Assembly (NCBI RefSeq): GCF_009914755.1
Contig: NC_060933.1
Origin: the human T2T-CHM13v2.0 reference genome, Homo sapiens
Direction: 5' to 3' (one strand)
DNA: 64,000 nucleotides
The translations under genes and the position numbers were made by a program. The notes under the pieces were generated by a model. The model saw only the letters and a program-made list of their open reading frames with translations. It did no database searches and was not told the origin of the DNA. Every line of letters starts with the position of its first letter. The stretch's first letter is position 1. Positions 16,051 to 28,108 of the stretch are shown piece by piece.

Positions 16051-16450
16051 CCCAGCTTCCCTTACAGTTGGGGTGGTAGTTGACTCAATTCTGGGCAATG
16101 AGATATAAGTGCATATCTGCTGAGGACTTACGGGAGATAGTTCTACTTCTAGATATAGATACCATTCCTTCTTCCTTTCTCCCTCCCTTCCCCTCTCCCT
16201 TCCTCACTCCCTCCCTTCCCTCCTTCTTCATATGTCTATAATGTGGATGGGATGTCTCAAGATGGAGCAGCCATTTTTGCAGCTCCAGATGGAAGGCACT
16301 CACCAAGCATGGTGGAAGAGAAATGAAGAAGCTCTAATCCCAGAGTAGCTGTATCATCTTGAACTGCCCGCCCTTGGCTAGCTTGTTTCACGAGAGAAAT
16401 GACACCAACAGCCAGGTTTCTGTTACATGTAACCAAATGCAACTTACATG
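15640..16450 (+). mobile_element. MLT1 (J/K-like) LTR interrupted by an AluJ
   Basis: aacagaatcttaattttgtttgggg...cccagcttcccttacagtt...caatgagatataagt...ggagcagccatt. Confidence 0.65.
15751..16048 (+). mobile_element. AluJ with an internal deletion and a pure A37 tail
   Basis: J-type arms; caagacc|gctgtctctac lacks agcctgggcaacatag; A run 16012-16048. Confidence 0.92.
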
Positions 16451-16489
16451 TTAATGGAAATTACGCGTTAATGAAACATCTTATTTGTG

Positions 16490-17690
16490 AGTCCTCGCAA
16501 CCAAAGTCTGTTTCCAGGCTATTTATCATGTTCCATTGAGTTGTCTGTGAAATACAGTAAAAGTGATATTCTTTTTAAATTACTACATTACTGTGCAATA
16601 TGTTTTATTATTGGATGGGTCTAGTGTCCCCTCATTACCTCTCTTTTTTCAATAGCTCAACACTTTATTCCTCCTGATGAACTTCAGAATACTTTATCAG
16701 ATTGGTCCAACCCATTTTATCTTTGAATGGAACTGTATTAAACCTATTAACTAATTTGGGAAGCATAAATATCTTCACAATATTTCATCTTCTTATTCTT
16801 GAGCACGGAATACATTTTCATTTTTTTCAGTCCTGTATATCTCTGTAAAAGGTTTGGAGCATTCTTCACATAAAATGTCTGTGCTTTTTTTAAACGATTA
16901 CTGCTAAATATTTTATGTTTTTATTGCAATTGTAAATAGAATCTATTTCCTGTTATATCTTATAACTGGTTATTGCCAGGAGATAAAAAACTATTGATTT
17001 TCAAGTATTTATCTTGTATTCGACTACTCATTAGCCTAAGAGTTCTTCAGTTAATACTTTTATGTTTTCTAGGTATATAATTGTATCATCTCTAAGTGAT
17101 AATGGTTTCATCTTTTCCCTTCAAATACTTAGACCTCTTATCTATGCTTATGTATTTTAATGCATTGAGCAAAACAGTGTTGAATAAAAATAGAAGTAGT
17201 CATGCTTGTTTTGTTCTTGATTTTCAAGAGAATGCCTCTATTGTATCCCCATAATTCTATTGTTCTCTTAATATAAGTATGCTTTATGATGTTAATGAAT
17301 ATTCTCCTCTTCCTGGTTTTTAAACAGGTTTGTAAAATTAGCAATGAGTGTTAAATTTTATTCTTGTCTTTTTCGCATTCATTGAGGTTATCACTTGTTT
17401 TTGTTATTGGTCCTTCTGATATGATGCATTATGTTATTGGGTTTCTTACTTGTAAGAAATCCTTAAAATCCTGTGACAAATTATACTTCGACATAAAAGG
17501 TGATTTTCTGAATGCCATCATAGATTTTAATTTACTAATTAAAATTTTTTTTCACATTTTAATTTACAAATTAGGTTTATCTATAACTTTCTTTCCTTTA
17601 AAAAATTTTTGTGCTATCTCTGTTCAGCGTCGGCTTCAGATTCTATTAGCTACGTACAATGAAATAGTTAAGGTAGATTAAATTAGATAG
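16490..17690 (-). mobile_element. L1ME-like ORF2 fragments
   Basis: Antisense L1 ORF2 sequence (ctaatttgggaag...atcttcacaatatt; aacagtgttgaataaaaatagaagtagtcatgcttgttttgttcttg). Confidence 0.7.
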
Positions 17691-17694
17691 AATT

Positions 17695-18139
17695 ATGCAA
17701 CCAAATCTTTACTCCTTTGCAGTAGAATTTGATGTCCACATCCTTGTCATGTCTTCATGGTGTGCAGAGTGTATGTTCTGCCCCTTGACATTGGGCTCAG
17801 CTATGTGACTTGCTTTGGACAATGAAACATGAGTGGATGTTTTAAGAGCAGAAGCTTAAAATGTGCTTGAGCAGTGTGATTGCTTTCTTGCAATTCTGCC
17901 ATCGCTGTGAGAAGAACATACCCCAGCTAGTTTACTGGTCCAAAAGATGAGATAAACATGAAGTATACGTGGATCTTACCTTCAGCTTGGACACAAGTCC
18001 AGCCAAGCCAAGATGAGATAAGCCAATACTAAAATGACCTACAGGTGTGTGAGCAAGGATAAATGATTGTTATTTTAAATCATGTAGTTTGGAGGTGATT
18101 TGTTATGTAGTAGTATTGTGGCAATAGCTGACTGATGCA
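17695..18139 (+). mobile_element. MLT1 (G/H-like) LTR
   Basis: ccccttgacattgggctcagctatgtgacttgctttggacaatg...gtggcaatagctgactgatgca. Confidence 0.8.
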
Positions 18140-18632
18140 CTAGATAACTTTGCACCTTTTTCCTGTGTTCTGGAACAATTTATTATACCCATGGGAATTA
18201 TTATTTTTTGCTCACAAGATTAAAAGAACTCACCAATAAATCCAGCTTTTAAATGTCTGCCTTGCTTTGGTGAGGGGTTTGAATTTGTTCGATTTTATTC
18301 TTTGTTTTTCTTTCAAATCTTTTAAAAATGAAATAAGACATTACAGATAGTTGAATATCCTGAATTTTTCCATGGCCCTATCCCTCTTCCTCTCTCCCCA
18401 GAGATAACCATGATCTGGACCCCAAGTATATTATTTCCTCCAAGTTAGAAAACTTTTACTACATAAGATACATATACATAAAAATATATAGTGTTGTTTT
18501 ACCTGTTTTAAAATTTTACATAAATGGTATCTTGCTAAAGATATCGTCCTATAATATAATGTCCTATTTGATGGGCTTCTATTGTTTCTCCCTTTTTTCT
18601 GCAATTACAGCAATGTTCCAATAAACACCTTT

Positions 18633-18925
18633 GGCCCAGCACGGTGGCTCACACCTGTAATCCCAGCACTTTTGGGAGACCAATGCAGGAGGATCTCTTG
18701 AGCCCAGGAGTTCGAGACCAGCCTAGGCAACATAGGGAAACCCCATCTCTACAAATACTCAGGGGGCTAAAGTGGGAAGAGCCTGGGAGGTCAAGGCTGC
18801 AGTGAGCCGAGATCACTGTGCTATACTCCTGCCTGGGCAACAGAGCAAGACTCTGTCCCAAAACAAACAAACAAACAAAAAACACCACACACACACACAA
18901 AACCAAAACCAAAACAAAACAAAAA
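18633..18925 (+). mobile_element. AluJ with the linker and right-arm start deleted
   Basis: ctctacaaa|tactcagggggct junction; mixed (CAAA)/(CA)/(CAAAA) tail. Confidence 0.9.
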
Positions 18926-18984
18926 GCCACCCTTTTACATGTTCCTTTAGAAATCGTATCTGAATTTCTTTGGGCAGTGACTTT

Positions 18985-19213
18985 CAAAAATTTTAAAACT
19001 TCAACTAATAATCACAAGTTATTTTATAACACAATGCAAGGCACATATGTGTATTATTAAAGCAAAAGTTTTATAAAATAATGTTTATCCTTATAAGTGA
19101 TGCAATCTGATAATTTCCATTCTGTTCTATTTATTTTAATACTGGTTTCTACTCTCCAAATCGAGTTCATGACTTTTTAACGGATCATGACACCAGTTTG
19201 CCAAACAATACTC
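18985..19213. mobile_element. hAT-Charlie DNA transposon relic
   Basis: ttcatgactttttaacggatcatgacaccagtttgccaaacaatactcta resembles a Charlie/MER terminal region. Confidence 0.45.
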
Positions 19214-19214
19214 T

Positions 19215-20060
19215 AAGGCACATGCCTCAAAGTAGAACTGCTTAGTTGGATGTGAGCATCTTCAGGTTTATTAGCTATTCTAGTTGCTCTCCAAGGTGAT
19301 TATAACTATTTTATTCTTACCAGCCGTGTACAAGAGTTTCCATTTCTCAACACTCCCATCTATGCTTGGTACTGTTAGATTTCTCAATTTTGTCAATCTG
19401 ATGGATATTTGAAATGGTTTCTCGTTGTTTTAATTTGTATTTTCTAGTACTAATGACATTAAACATCTTTCCACAAGTTCATTTGCCACTTGGGTTTCCT
19501 CATCTCTGAATAATTTGTTATTCATATACTTTGTCCATTTTTTATTAGGTGAATTGCCTTTTCTTCTTACTTTGTAGGATATTCTAAATCTAATTTATTG
19601 CTATATACTGAGACAAATATCTTCTCTGAATATGTGTGCCAGATATTTTTACTCTCTAGATAAACAGAAGGTCTCAAGCTTAATATAATTAAGATTATCA
19701 ATTGTTTCACTTATACTTTGTGCTTTTTGGTCTTATTTAGGAAGATTTTCCTACTCTGTGTTTGTCAAGTAACTTGCCTAAATTTTTTTCCAACTGTTTT
19801 AATGTTTTGCTTTTCACATTTATATCTTTAATTCATCCATAAACAGCATATTATAATTGTTTATGGTATAAGATAAGGATATATATTTTTCATGTGGATA
19901 ACCAGTTGTTCTAATCCATTCTTTCCTTGATGGTTTGCAATCCTGACTCTGTAATATACCATACTTTTTTAAATGCAGGAGATTGATTTCTGGGGTCTTC
20001 ATTTTATATCATTTGTCTATTTTGTAGCTTATGCTACATTGCCTTATTAACTTTTACTTT
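19215..20060 (-). mobile_element. L1ME-like 3' ORF2 fragment
   Basis: tacaagagtttccatttctcaacactcc...tggtttctcgttgttttaatttgtattttt. Confidence 0.7.
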
Positions 20061-20516
20061 TATACTCTTAATGGTTGGTTCAATCTTTCTTTAGGGGGTA
20101 GGTTTTTATAACTTTAAAATTTTTTTTCATTATTATTAGTCCATTTAGTTTTTTTTTAAACTTAAACGTTGAGTCAATTTGGTAATTTATATTGTCCCAG
20201 AGAAGTATCTTTTATTGAAATTTTAACATATAAGTACAGAGATTCCCATAACAATCCCTTATAATGTTATTTTTTAAAATCACTTCTTTAGCTATTGTTT
20301 TATCTAATTTCTCAATTGTATCTTGATATATTAATATTCTGTCTGATATTTTTTGATTTGTCAGAGGTTTGCCTGTTTTTGTTTTTACAAAGAGCTTTCT
20401 GTTGTGACATAGCTGGATTTTTGGTTTCTCTAGAGGACTCAGTTAACCTTTAGTTTTACTAACTGTGTTCAGAGAAAGAGACTTAGAAATTTTAGCTTTT
20501 TAAATGTGTGGGCTGC

Positions 20517-20881
20517 TGATAAGATTTGGCTCTGTGTCCCCACCCAAATCTCATCTTGAATTGTAATCCCCCCATGTCTAGGGAGGGACCTGGTGGGAGG
20601 TGATTGGATCATGAAGGCGGTTTCTCCCATGCTGTTCTCATGACAGTGAGTGAGTTTTCCTGAGAGCTGATGGTTTTAAGTGTGGCACTTCCTCATTCGT
20701 TCACACTCTCTCCTGCCGCCTTGTGAAGAAGGTACTTGCTTCTCCTTTGCCTTCTGCCATGTTTGTAAGTTTCCTGAGGCTTCCTAGCCATGTGGAACTG
20801 TGAGCCAATTAGACGTTTTTTCTTCATAAATTACCAGTCTCAGGTAGTGTCTTTACAGCAGTGTGAGAATGGACTAATACA
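20517..20881 (+). mobile_element. THE1 (THE1D-like) solo LTR
   Basis: tgataagatttggctctgtgtccccacccaaatctcatcttgaattg...gaatggactaataca; perfect 5-bp TSD GCTGC. Confidence 0.95.
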
Positions 20882-21339
20882 GCTGCTATATAAACAATTT
20901 TTATAAATTTTCTAAGAATATTTAAAATACAGGTTTTTTATTATTAAGGTACAAATTAAGTGTTTCTGTTAATTTGGTCATATTTTTTAAATGACTAAAG
21001 ATTAATTCTACATTTTACGGGTTGTCTACTTGGTATATGGAGGAATCAAATAGTGCTCCTAAAAGTCTCCCCCAGCAATTATTTCTGTTCATTCCTTATG
21101 TTCCCAATTTTGCTTTATATAGAGATATATGGTATTAGTAATTGCATAAAAGTTAATATCTGTTTGTATTCATTATGGATGATCACTTTGATCAATATAA
21201 GATGAAGTAATATTACTACTTTTGCTTTCGTTTCCCTTGCATTTGCTTGAAAAATTTTGCTCATCATTTTTTTATCTGTTATGTTTTTCTTGGTGTTTTC
21301 TTCTAAGTAGCAAATGATAGATTTTTTTCAATTTGAAGA

Positions 21340-23300
21340 TTAAAATGTTAAGAGAGATCAAATCTTCCTAAATTAATATATACATTTAGTAAGATCACAA
21401 TAAATAGGCCAACAGAATTTTTTAAATAGACAAGCCAATTATAAAGCTTATCTGGAAAACCAAATATACACAAGAATAGCCAGCAACATTCTGGAAAAAA
21501 AAAGAGCAATGAGGAAGAAATAGCTCTACCATATATTATGACAAATCACTGAAGTTCAGTAATTAAAATGTTGTGATTGTGATATAAGAGTAGAAAGACT
21601 GGCCAGTTGATCAAATGGAGCACAGAAATGTATCCAGTAAGAAATGAGAATGTAATGTATGATAAAGGTAGTATTTCTTTCTCTTTTTTTCTTTTTTTCC
21701 TTTCAATTTTATTTTAAGTTCTAGGTACATGTCCAGGATGTGCAGCTTTGTTATATGGGTAAATGTGTGCATGGTGGTTTGCTGCACAAATCAACTCATC
21801 ACCCTGCATCCATTAACTAGCCTTCCTGATGCTCTCCCCGTGCCACACACACCTCCAACAGGCCCCAGTGTGTGATGTTCTTCACCATGTGTCCATGTGT
21901 TCTCATTATTCAGCTCCCACTTATAAGTGAGAACATTCAGTGTTTGGTTTTCTCTTCCTGCATTAGTTTGCTGAGGATAATGGCTTCCAGCTCCAGCTAT
22001 GTCCCTGCAAATGACATGATCTCATTCCTTTTTAAGGCTTTTTAATGGAATACCATAGTATTCCAGGGTGTATATGTACCACATTCTCTTTATCCAGTCT
22101 AACATTGATGGGTATTTGGGTTGATTCCACATCTTTGCTATTGTGAATAGTGCTGCAATGAACATATGTGTGCATGTATCTTTATAATAGAATGATTTAT
22201 ATTCCTTTGGGTATATATCCAGTAATGGGATTGCTGAGTCAAATGGTATTTATACTTCTAGATCTTTGAGGAATAACTACGCTGTTTTTCACAATGTTTG
22301 AACTAATTTACACTCCCACCAGTAGTGTAAGAGCATTCCTTTTTCTCCACAACCTCGCCAGCATCTGTTGTTTCTTGACTTTTTAATAATCACCATTCTG
22401 ACTGGTATGAGATGGTATCTCATGGTGGTTTTGATTTGCATTTCTATAATGATCAGTAATACTGAGCGTTTTTTCATGTTTGTTGGCTACATGAATGTCT
22501 TCTTTTGAGAAGTGTCTGTTCATGTCCTTTACCCACTTCTTAATGGGGTTGTTTGTTTTTTTCTTGTAGTATTTCTTATCAAAGGGAAAACATGGAGTAT
22601 TTAATAAATGGTATTGGCATAACAGGAAACCATCTGGAAAAAAAGCCATCAGATCCCTACCTCACGCCTTACATCAAAGCCATTCCACACAGCTGAAACA
22701 TTTAAATATAAAGTTTAAAAACATAAAAAGTACTATAACAATAGAGATTTAAAAATAACAATCTTGTCATAAGAGAGGGCTTTTGAAATAAGACACAAGA
22801 CCCAGAAGCCATAAAAGAGATGAATTCAAATGAGAAAAAAAGTTTAATGTGCAAGAATAAAATAGAGTGACAAGACAAATAACACACTAGGGAAGTGTTT
22901 GCAACAAACAGATTGATAAATGACTGATTTCTTTAATACAAAGAATGCCTACAATAGGTTTAAAAATAAATAAAAAACAATGACCCACTAGAAGAGCTAA
23001 GGGCTTGAAGAGACAGCTTTCTAAGAACACAAACTCAAATGGCTCTTAAGCAAATGAAAAGATGCTCAGCCTAGCTCAAAATAGCAGAAATGAAAACCTA
23101 TGGCAAAATACCCCTTCTCATTGATTATTCCATCAAACATCAAAACCTTGTTAACACACAGTGTTGACACAGGTGTGAAAAATATATCAATGCATAAAAC
23201 ATTTGTTGGAGAAAATTGGGCAAAATCTTTCAACATTAAAAGTGCACAAGCCCTTTGATCTAGCAATTTCACTGTTAGGGATTTATTCTACAGACATATT
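21340..23300 (+). mobile_element. L1ME-like ORF2 3' fragment hosting the L1PA insertion
   Basis: gacaagccaattataaagcttatctggaaa; ccctacctcacgccttacatc; ccctttgatctagcaatttcactgttagggatttattc. Confidence 0.7.
21680..22565 (-). mobile_element. 5'-truncated L1PA 3' end
   Basis: ORF 22289..22477(-) [34 protein letters not shown]...HYWWECKLVQ is the ORF2p C-terminal Cys-rich region; poly-T at ~21680-21720; TSD gtagtatttctt at 21668-21679 and 22566-22577. Confidence 0.95.
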
Positions 23301-23938
23301 AGCCAAATCTCATCTGAATTTTACCCAACAGTGGTGGATTGAGCACTTGCCATGTGCCAGGCATGGTAGCAGACAAGAAGGATACCCAGAGAAATGAAGC
23401 AAAGTTACTGTACAATCTTACAATGTGAGCTGCAATGGAATTTAGAGATTTCATTCCAGAGATGAAAACAGTGAGGTTCAGAGAGGGGAGTGTCTTTTCC
23501 AAGAAGTGACTGAGCAGGAACTGGAACTAAGGCCAAACATTTCCACACGAGTTGCCCTCAACCCTGAGAAAATAGAAAATATTCCCTCAAAGATCTGGGG
23601 ACGCAGTCTAAAGTGGCTTATTACCAGCAAAGAAATATTTATTATTTGTTTCTAAAAGGTCATGCAAATTTTGCATTTTATTTCATCTATCTCTTTATTT
23701 AAATACACACATATAAATTGTTTAATATGAAGTAATGTTTTAAAAATTATTTTATTACTTACCAATTAATGGTAAATACTACAACACTTTCCATCCTCCC
23801 CCCCCCATCTTTAGGTACAGTAGCTATATGAGGAAAAAGCTCCTCCTTCTTCTCAAACCCCAAAATATCCCCAAAGGGAGAAACATCCAGCTAAGCCAAG
23901 CTGCTTCTTGAATCTATGGCTTAGAAGATACTGCTCTG

Positions 23939-24220
23939 GGCTGGGCACAGTGGCTCACACCTGTAATCTCAGCATTTTGGGAGGCCAAGGCTGGCAGATC
24001 ACGTGAGGTCAGGAGTTCAAGACCAGCCTGGCCAATATAGTGAAACCTCATCTCTTCCAAAAATACAAAAATTAGCCAAGCATGGTAGCAGGCACCTGTA
24101 ATCCCAGCTACTCAGGAGGCTGAGACAGGAGAATTGCTTGAACCTGGGAGTCAGAAGTTACAGTGAGCTGAGATTGTGCCATTGCACTCCAGTCTGGGTG
24201 ACAAGAAGGAAACTCCATCT

Positions 24221-24255
<35 letters not shown>
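23939..24255 (+). mobile_element. AluS with an A32 tail
   Basis: TSD agaagatactgctctg / agaagacactgttctg. Confidence 0.95.
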
Positions 24256-24259
<4 letters not shown>

Positions 24260-24264
24260 GACAC

Positions 24265-24760
24265 TGTTCTGAAGCTGCTGTTTTGAACTTCTTAATCATT
24301 TGACCTTTGCATCTGTGTTTTGTAAGTGAAGTCTGATAGGATAATGGAGCTAGGAGTCTGACACCTGGGCTCACACACAGTCTCGCCTTCTGGCTTCTCA
24401 GGGACAGGTTCTTGGCTGCCTACTCCCCAACCTTGCTTGGCACACCAGCAAGAGTCGGGGACAGGTGCACACCTGGGGTGGGTCAAGGTAGTGTCTGTCC
24501 CCACTCTGGCTGACAGTACCACAGCACATTCAGCAGGTGAATCAGCAGGGGTCTTTCACCCACCCCTGAGGCAAATACTCAGTCCATCTGGCAAAGAAGC
24601 TGCAATCCCTTGGGGGTTGCCTGACTGCTGTGGGTTGTGGCTGTGGGCCGTGGGAGGGAGAGATTGACTTTCCTGTCCTGGCTGGGTCCAGCACCAGACA
24701 TTGCCACATATTTATCAACTCCCACAGATCCCTGCCGTGGCAGCTCACAGAAGTTCACTG
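24265..24760 (+). mobile_element. MER45-family (hAT-Tip100) relic
   Basis: ttttgaacttcttaatcattt...tgtgttttgtaagtgaagtctgataggataatggagc resembles recalled MER45B/C. Confidence 0.55.
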
Positions 24761-24949
24761 AGGTGGAGCAGGAATGGGAATAGGTGGTGGCAGGGCGAGG
24801 CTGGAAGGGAGAGGGCAACTGGACTGGGGGAGCTTGGAATAGAGTGATGCAGGGAAGGCAAGGCACTGAATGTTGGTGTTTGGTCACTGTCTGCTGGACT
24901 GAGACCTTCTGGGTAAAGCCCTCAGGCCAGGGTGGAAATGTAGAGGGCA

Positions 24950-25165
24950 TGATAGGGAGATTGCAAAAATGCCCCCAGTTCCTCCCAGCTCCCTGCTATG
25001 TGGCTCTGCAGCTCCCCTCACCAGGAGGTGCTACATTCCCCTGCCTTTTGCATTCAGGCTGCCTGTGACTTGTTTTGGCCAATAGAACGCAGCAAGAACC
25101 GTGGTTCCTCAGTTGTGCGGAGTCAGGGCCTTGGGCTCAAGAGCGCCCCTGCTGGATGGAGCCAA
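24950..25165 (+). mobile_element. MLT1 5' fragment
   Basis: gattgcaaaaatgcccc...ctgtgacttgttttggccaatagaa. Confidence 0.65.
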
Positions 25166-25171
25166 GGTGAC

Positions 25172-25710
25172 TGTGATGCATACACTAATGTGCTAACTTG
25201 ACTGGGCCACTGGGTGCCCAGACATTTGGTCAAATGTTAGTCTGGGTGTGTGGATTGTTCTGGGTGAGAGTGACATTTGAATGTGTAGACGGAAGGAGAC
25301 TGATAGCTTCCCTTGTGAGAGTGGGCCACATCCAATCAGGTGAAAACCTGAGTTAAAGAAAAGGGTGGACCCTTCCTCGAGGAAGGGGGAATGTTTCCTG
25401 CCTGACTGCTGGAGCTGGAATGTCACTTTTTTCCTGCCTTCAGACATGGATGGAGACATCAGCAAGTCCTGGGTCTGGTGCCTGCTAGCTTTCAGACTGC
25501 AACTTACACCACCAGCCATCCTGGGCCTCCAGCTTGCTGACAGTAGATATTGGGACTTCTTAGCCTCCATAGTTGTGTGAGCCAATTTCTTAAAATAAAC
25601 CTCCTTTTAGACACACACCCACACACAGACACACACACACATGCGCGCACACACACACACACACACACATCCTGTTGGTTCTGTTTCTCTGGAGAACCCC
25701 GCCTAATACA
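25172..25710 (+). mobile_element. MLT2 solo LTR containing (CA)n
   Basis: aacttgactgggccactgggtgcccagacatttggtcaaa...ctggagaaccccgcctaataca; perfect TSD GTGAC at 25167-25171 and 25711-25715. Confidence 0.92.
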
Positions 25711-26179
25711 GTGACCTCCATGGGACTTTGCTAACATGGCAGCCCTGCTTGGCCTTCCTTCCTCTTGTCCCCACACCTGTGTCCTCAGGAAGCCATCCTA
25801 ATGCAGCCCTTCATGGGACTCCCCATTCCACCTTCTCACCCTAGGCCTTGTTCACACTCACACACATGACCCCCGACTCCACTCCCAGGCACCCTAACCC
25901 AGCTCAGGAGTGCCTCCCCTTGGTCCCTACCCCCACAGCACACACAGACCCTACCCCTGCCACTCACTGTCACGCTCCTGCCTCCCCTCAGCCTGGGGTT
26001 CAGTCAGTCACCAGAGAGGAAAGGCCAAGGCTGCCGAGAGGCGCCCTGCCCACACCCCAGCCTGGCCAGCGGGCAGGAAGGGGCCAGCCACTCTCTCAGA
26101 CCTCCTGGCCCAGTGGCTGAGGGCTTGGCAGGGGACTTTCAACCCACTGGCTGCCCCAGGTAGGCACTGCAGCACCCAA

Positions 26180-27014
26180 TGTGTGTGTGTGTGTGTGTGT
26201 CTGTGTGTGGGATGTGGGTGTGAGTGTGTTGTGTATGTGTGATGGGGTGTGTCTGTGTGGTGTGCGTGTGTCTGTGTGTGTTTGTGTCTGTGTGTGTGAG
26301 TGTGTGTGTCTGTGGTGTGTGTGTCAGTGTGTGTGGTGTGTGTCTGTGGTGTATGTGTGTGTCTGTGTGCATCTATGTATGTATCTGTGTGTGGGGTGTG
26401 TGTGGTATATGTGGTTGTGTGTGATGTGTGTGTGGTGTGTATCTGTGTATGTCTGTGGTATGTGTCTGTGCATCTATGTATGTGTCTGTGTGTGGTATAT
26501 GTGGTATGTGTGTGGTGTGTGTGTCTGTGTATATGGTGTGTGTCTGTGTATGTGTGTGTGGTATGTGTCTGTGTGTGTGTCTGTGTGTGCATCTATGTAT
26601 GTGTCTGTGGTGTGTGTGCATGGTGTGTCTGTGTGTGTAGTGTGTGTCTGTGTCTGTGTGTGTGGCGTGTGTCAGTGTGTCTGTGTCTGTGTGTGTGTTT
26701 TGTGTGTGTGTGTCTGTGTATGTGTGTGTGTGTGGTGTCTGTGTTGGTGTGTGTGGTGTGTGTCTGTGTGTCTGTGTGTGTGGTATGTGTGTCTGTGTGG
26801 TGCGTGTCTGTGTCTTTGTGTGTAATGTGTGTGTCTGTGTGTGTGGTGTGTGTATTTGTGTGTGGTGTGTGTGTCTGTGTGTTGTGTGTGTTTATGGTGT
26901 GTGTGGTGTGTGTGTCTGTGTGTTGTGTGTGTGTGTGTATGGTGTGCAGTGTGTGTGTGTCTGTGTGGTGTGTGTGTGTCTGTGTGTGTGTGTGTGGTGT
27001 GTATGTGTGTGTGT
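26180..27014. repeat. Complex (TG)n-rich tandem array, ~835 bp
   Basis: Almost pure TG with recurrent TCTG, TGG and TATG interruptions; source of the Val/Cys- and Thr/His-rich ORFs. Confidence 0.97.
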
Positions 27015-27084
27015 TGAGGGGCAACCGCTGCCCTCCCCAGCCCCAAACCGTCCTCATTCCCTCCAGCCGGGTGGTGGATGCTGC

Positions 27085-27240
27085 AGGAGCCGGCTGCCGG
27101 CTGCCCTCATTAATATTTATGACAGGGAGAGGAAGTTGCATAAATCTTCCCTGATACTTAATTAAACCAAACTTCTTTTGATTTCCCCTTTTTTCTGCCT
27201 CATCGAGTGTGGCCAGCATGCCTATTAGATGTTCATCCTC
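27085..27240. promoter_or_regulatory. Candidate homeodomain/TALE enhancer
   Basis: ATTTATGACAG 27115-27125, TTGCATAAAT 27136-27145, TTAATTAA 27158-27165. Confidence 0.4.
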
Positions 27241-28108
27241 CCCAAGTGGCCTGGGGCTGGACAGGATCCTCCAAGGGCCTCCACACACGCTGGTCACTCC
27301 AGCTACCAGCTGGGAGCTTGGGGAAGCCAGGTGACCCCCACCTGCCGTCGGCAGACTCTCTGTGTGTGGCTTTGGGGAGAGGCTCCCTGCAGCCTCTGGG
27401 GAGTAGAGGAGACCTGGGAAGATACTGGCTGCATCCCCTCAACAGATGCCCCCTCCAGACCTGAAAGATGGAGGCTTTGAAGAGTAGCAAAGCGAAGCTG
27501 TGACCTCCCATCCTCCCTGCTTCTCAGACAGGGAAGACCTGTGAGTCCCCAAGCCTCAGGAGTGGCTGAGTCCCACAGAGAAGCTGGCTTTGGCTGTGTC
27601 CCCCTCAATCCCCTCTCCATTTCCCACCCTGGCACCCTGGCCCGGGGACTCCACTGCGAACCCAGCCAGCGCTGGGCGTCTCCCTGAACAGCAAGAGCTG
27701 GTTAGCACCCGGCTGACACATCTTTGATATGGAATCATATCCAGGAAGCAGCTTGACCCCGAAGGCCCCTCTTAGCGTGGGATTGACACCGAGCATTGAC
27801 TTTGCTTCAGGCTTATCCACAAATCTCAGCCAATTTTATTAAAGAGCTGCGTGTGGTGTGGAACATGCCAGAGAGACAACTTTATTTATATATCTTGATC
27901 GGCAGAGAGGAGCCCACGCTTGATTCTGTTGGCGCCCCGGCCTGCCTCGCTCCACCTCAGGGGGGAGGGGGTGATTGGCAGGTGCGGCTCCTCACCAGCC
28001 TCCCTCCCAGCCCAGCTGCTCGCAGAGACGCAGACACATGTGTGGACGGACACGCGGGCCTTAACCTGGACAGACATATCCACGTTCACCAGATGCAGAA
28101 TCCCACAC

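Noticed and set aside
26008-27297. Long ORFs (up to 284 aa) rich in Val/Cys or Thr/His
   Set aside because: Translations of the (TG)n/(CA)n array, which lacks stop codons by composition.
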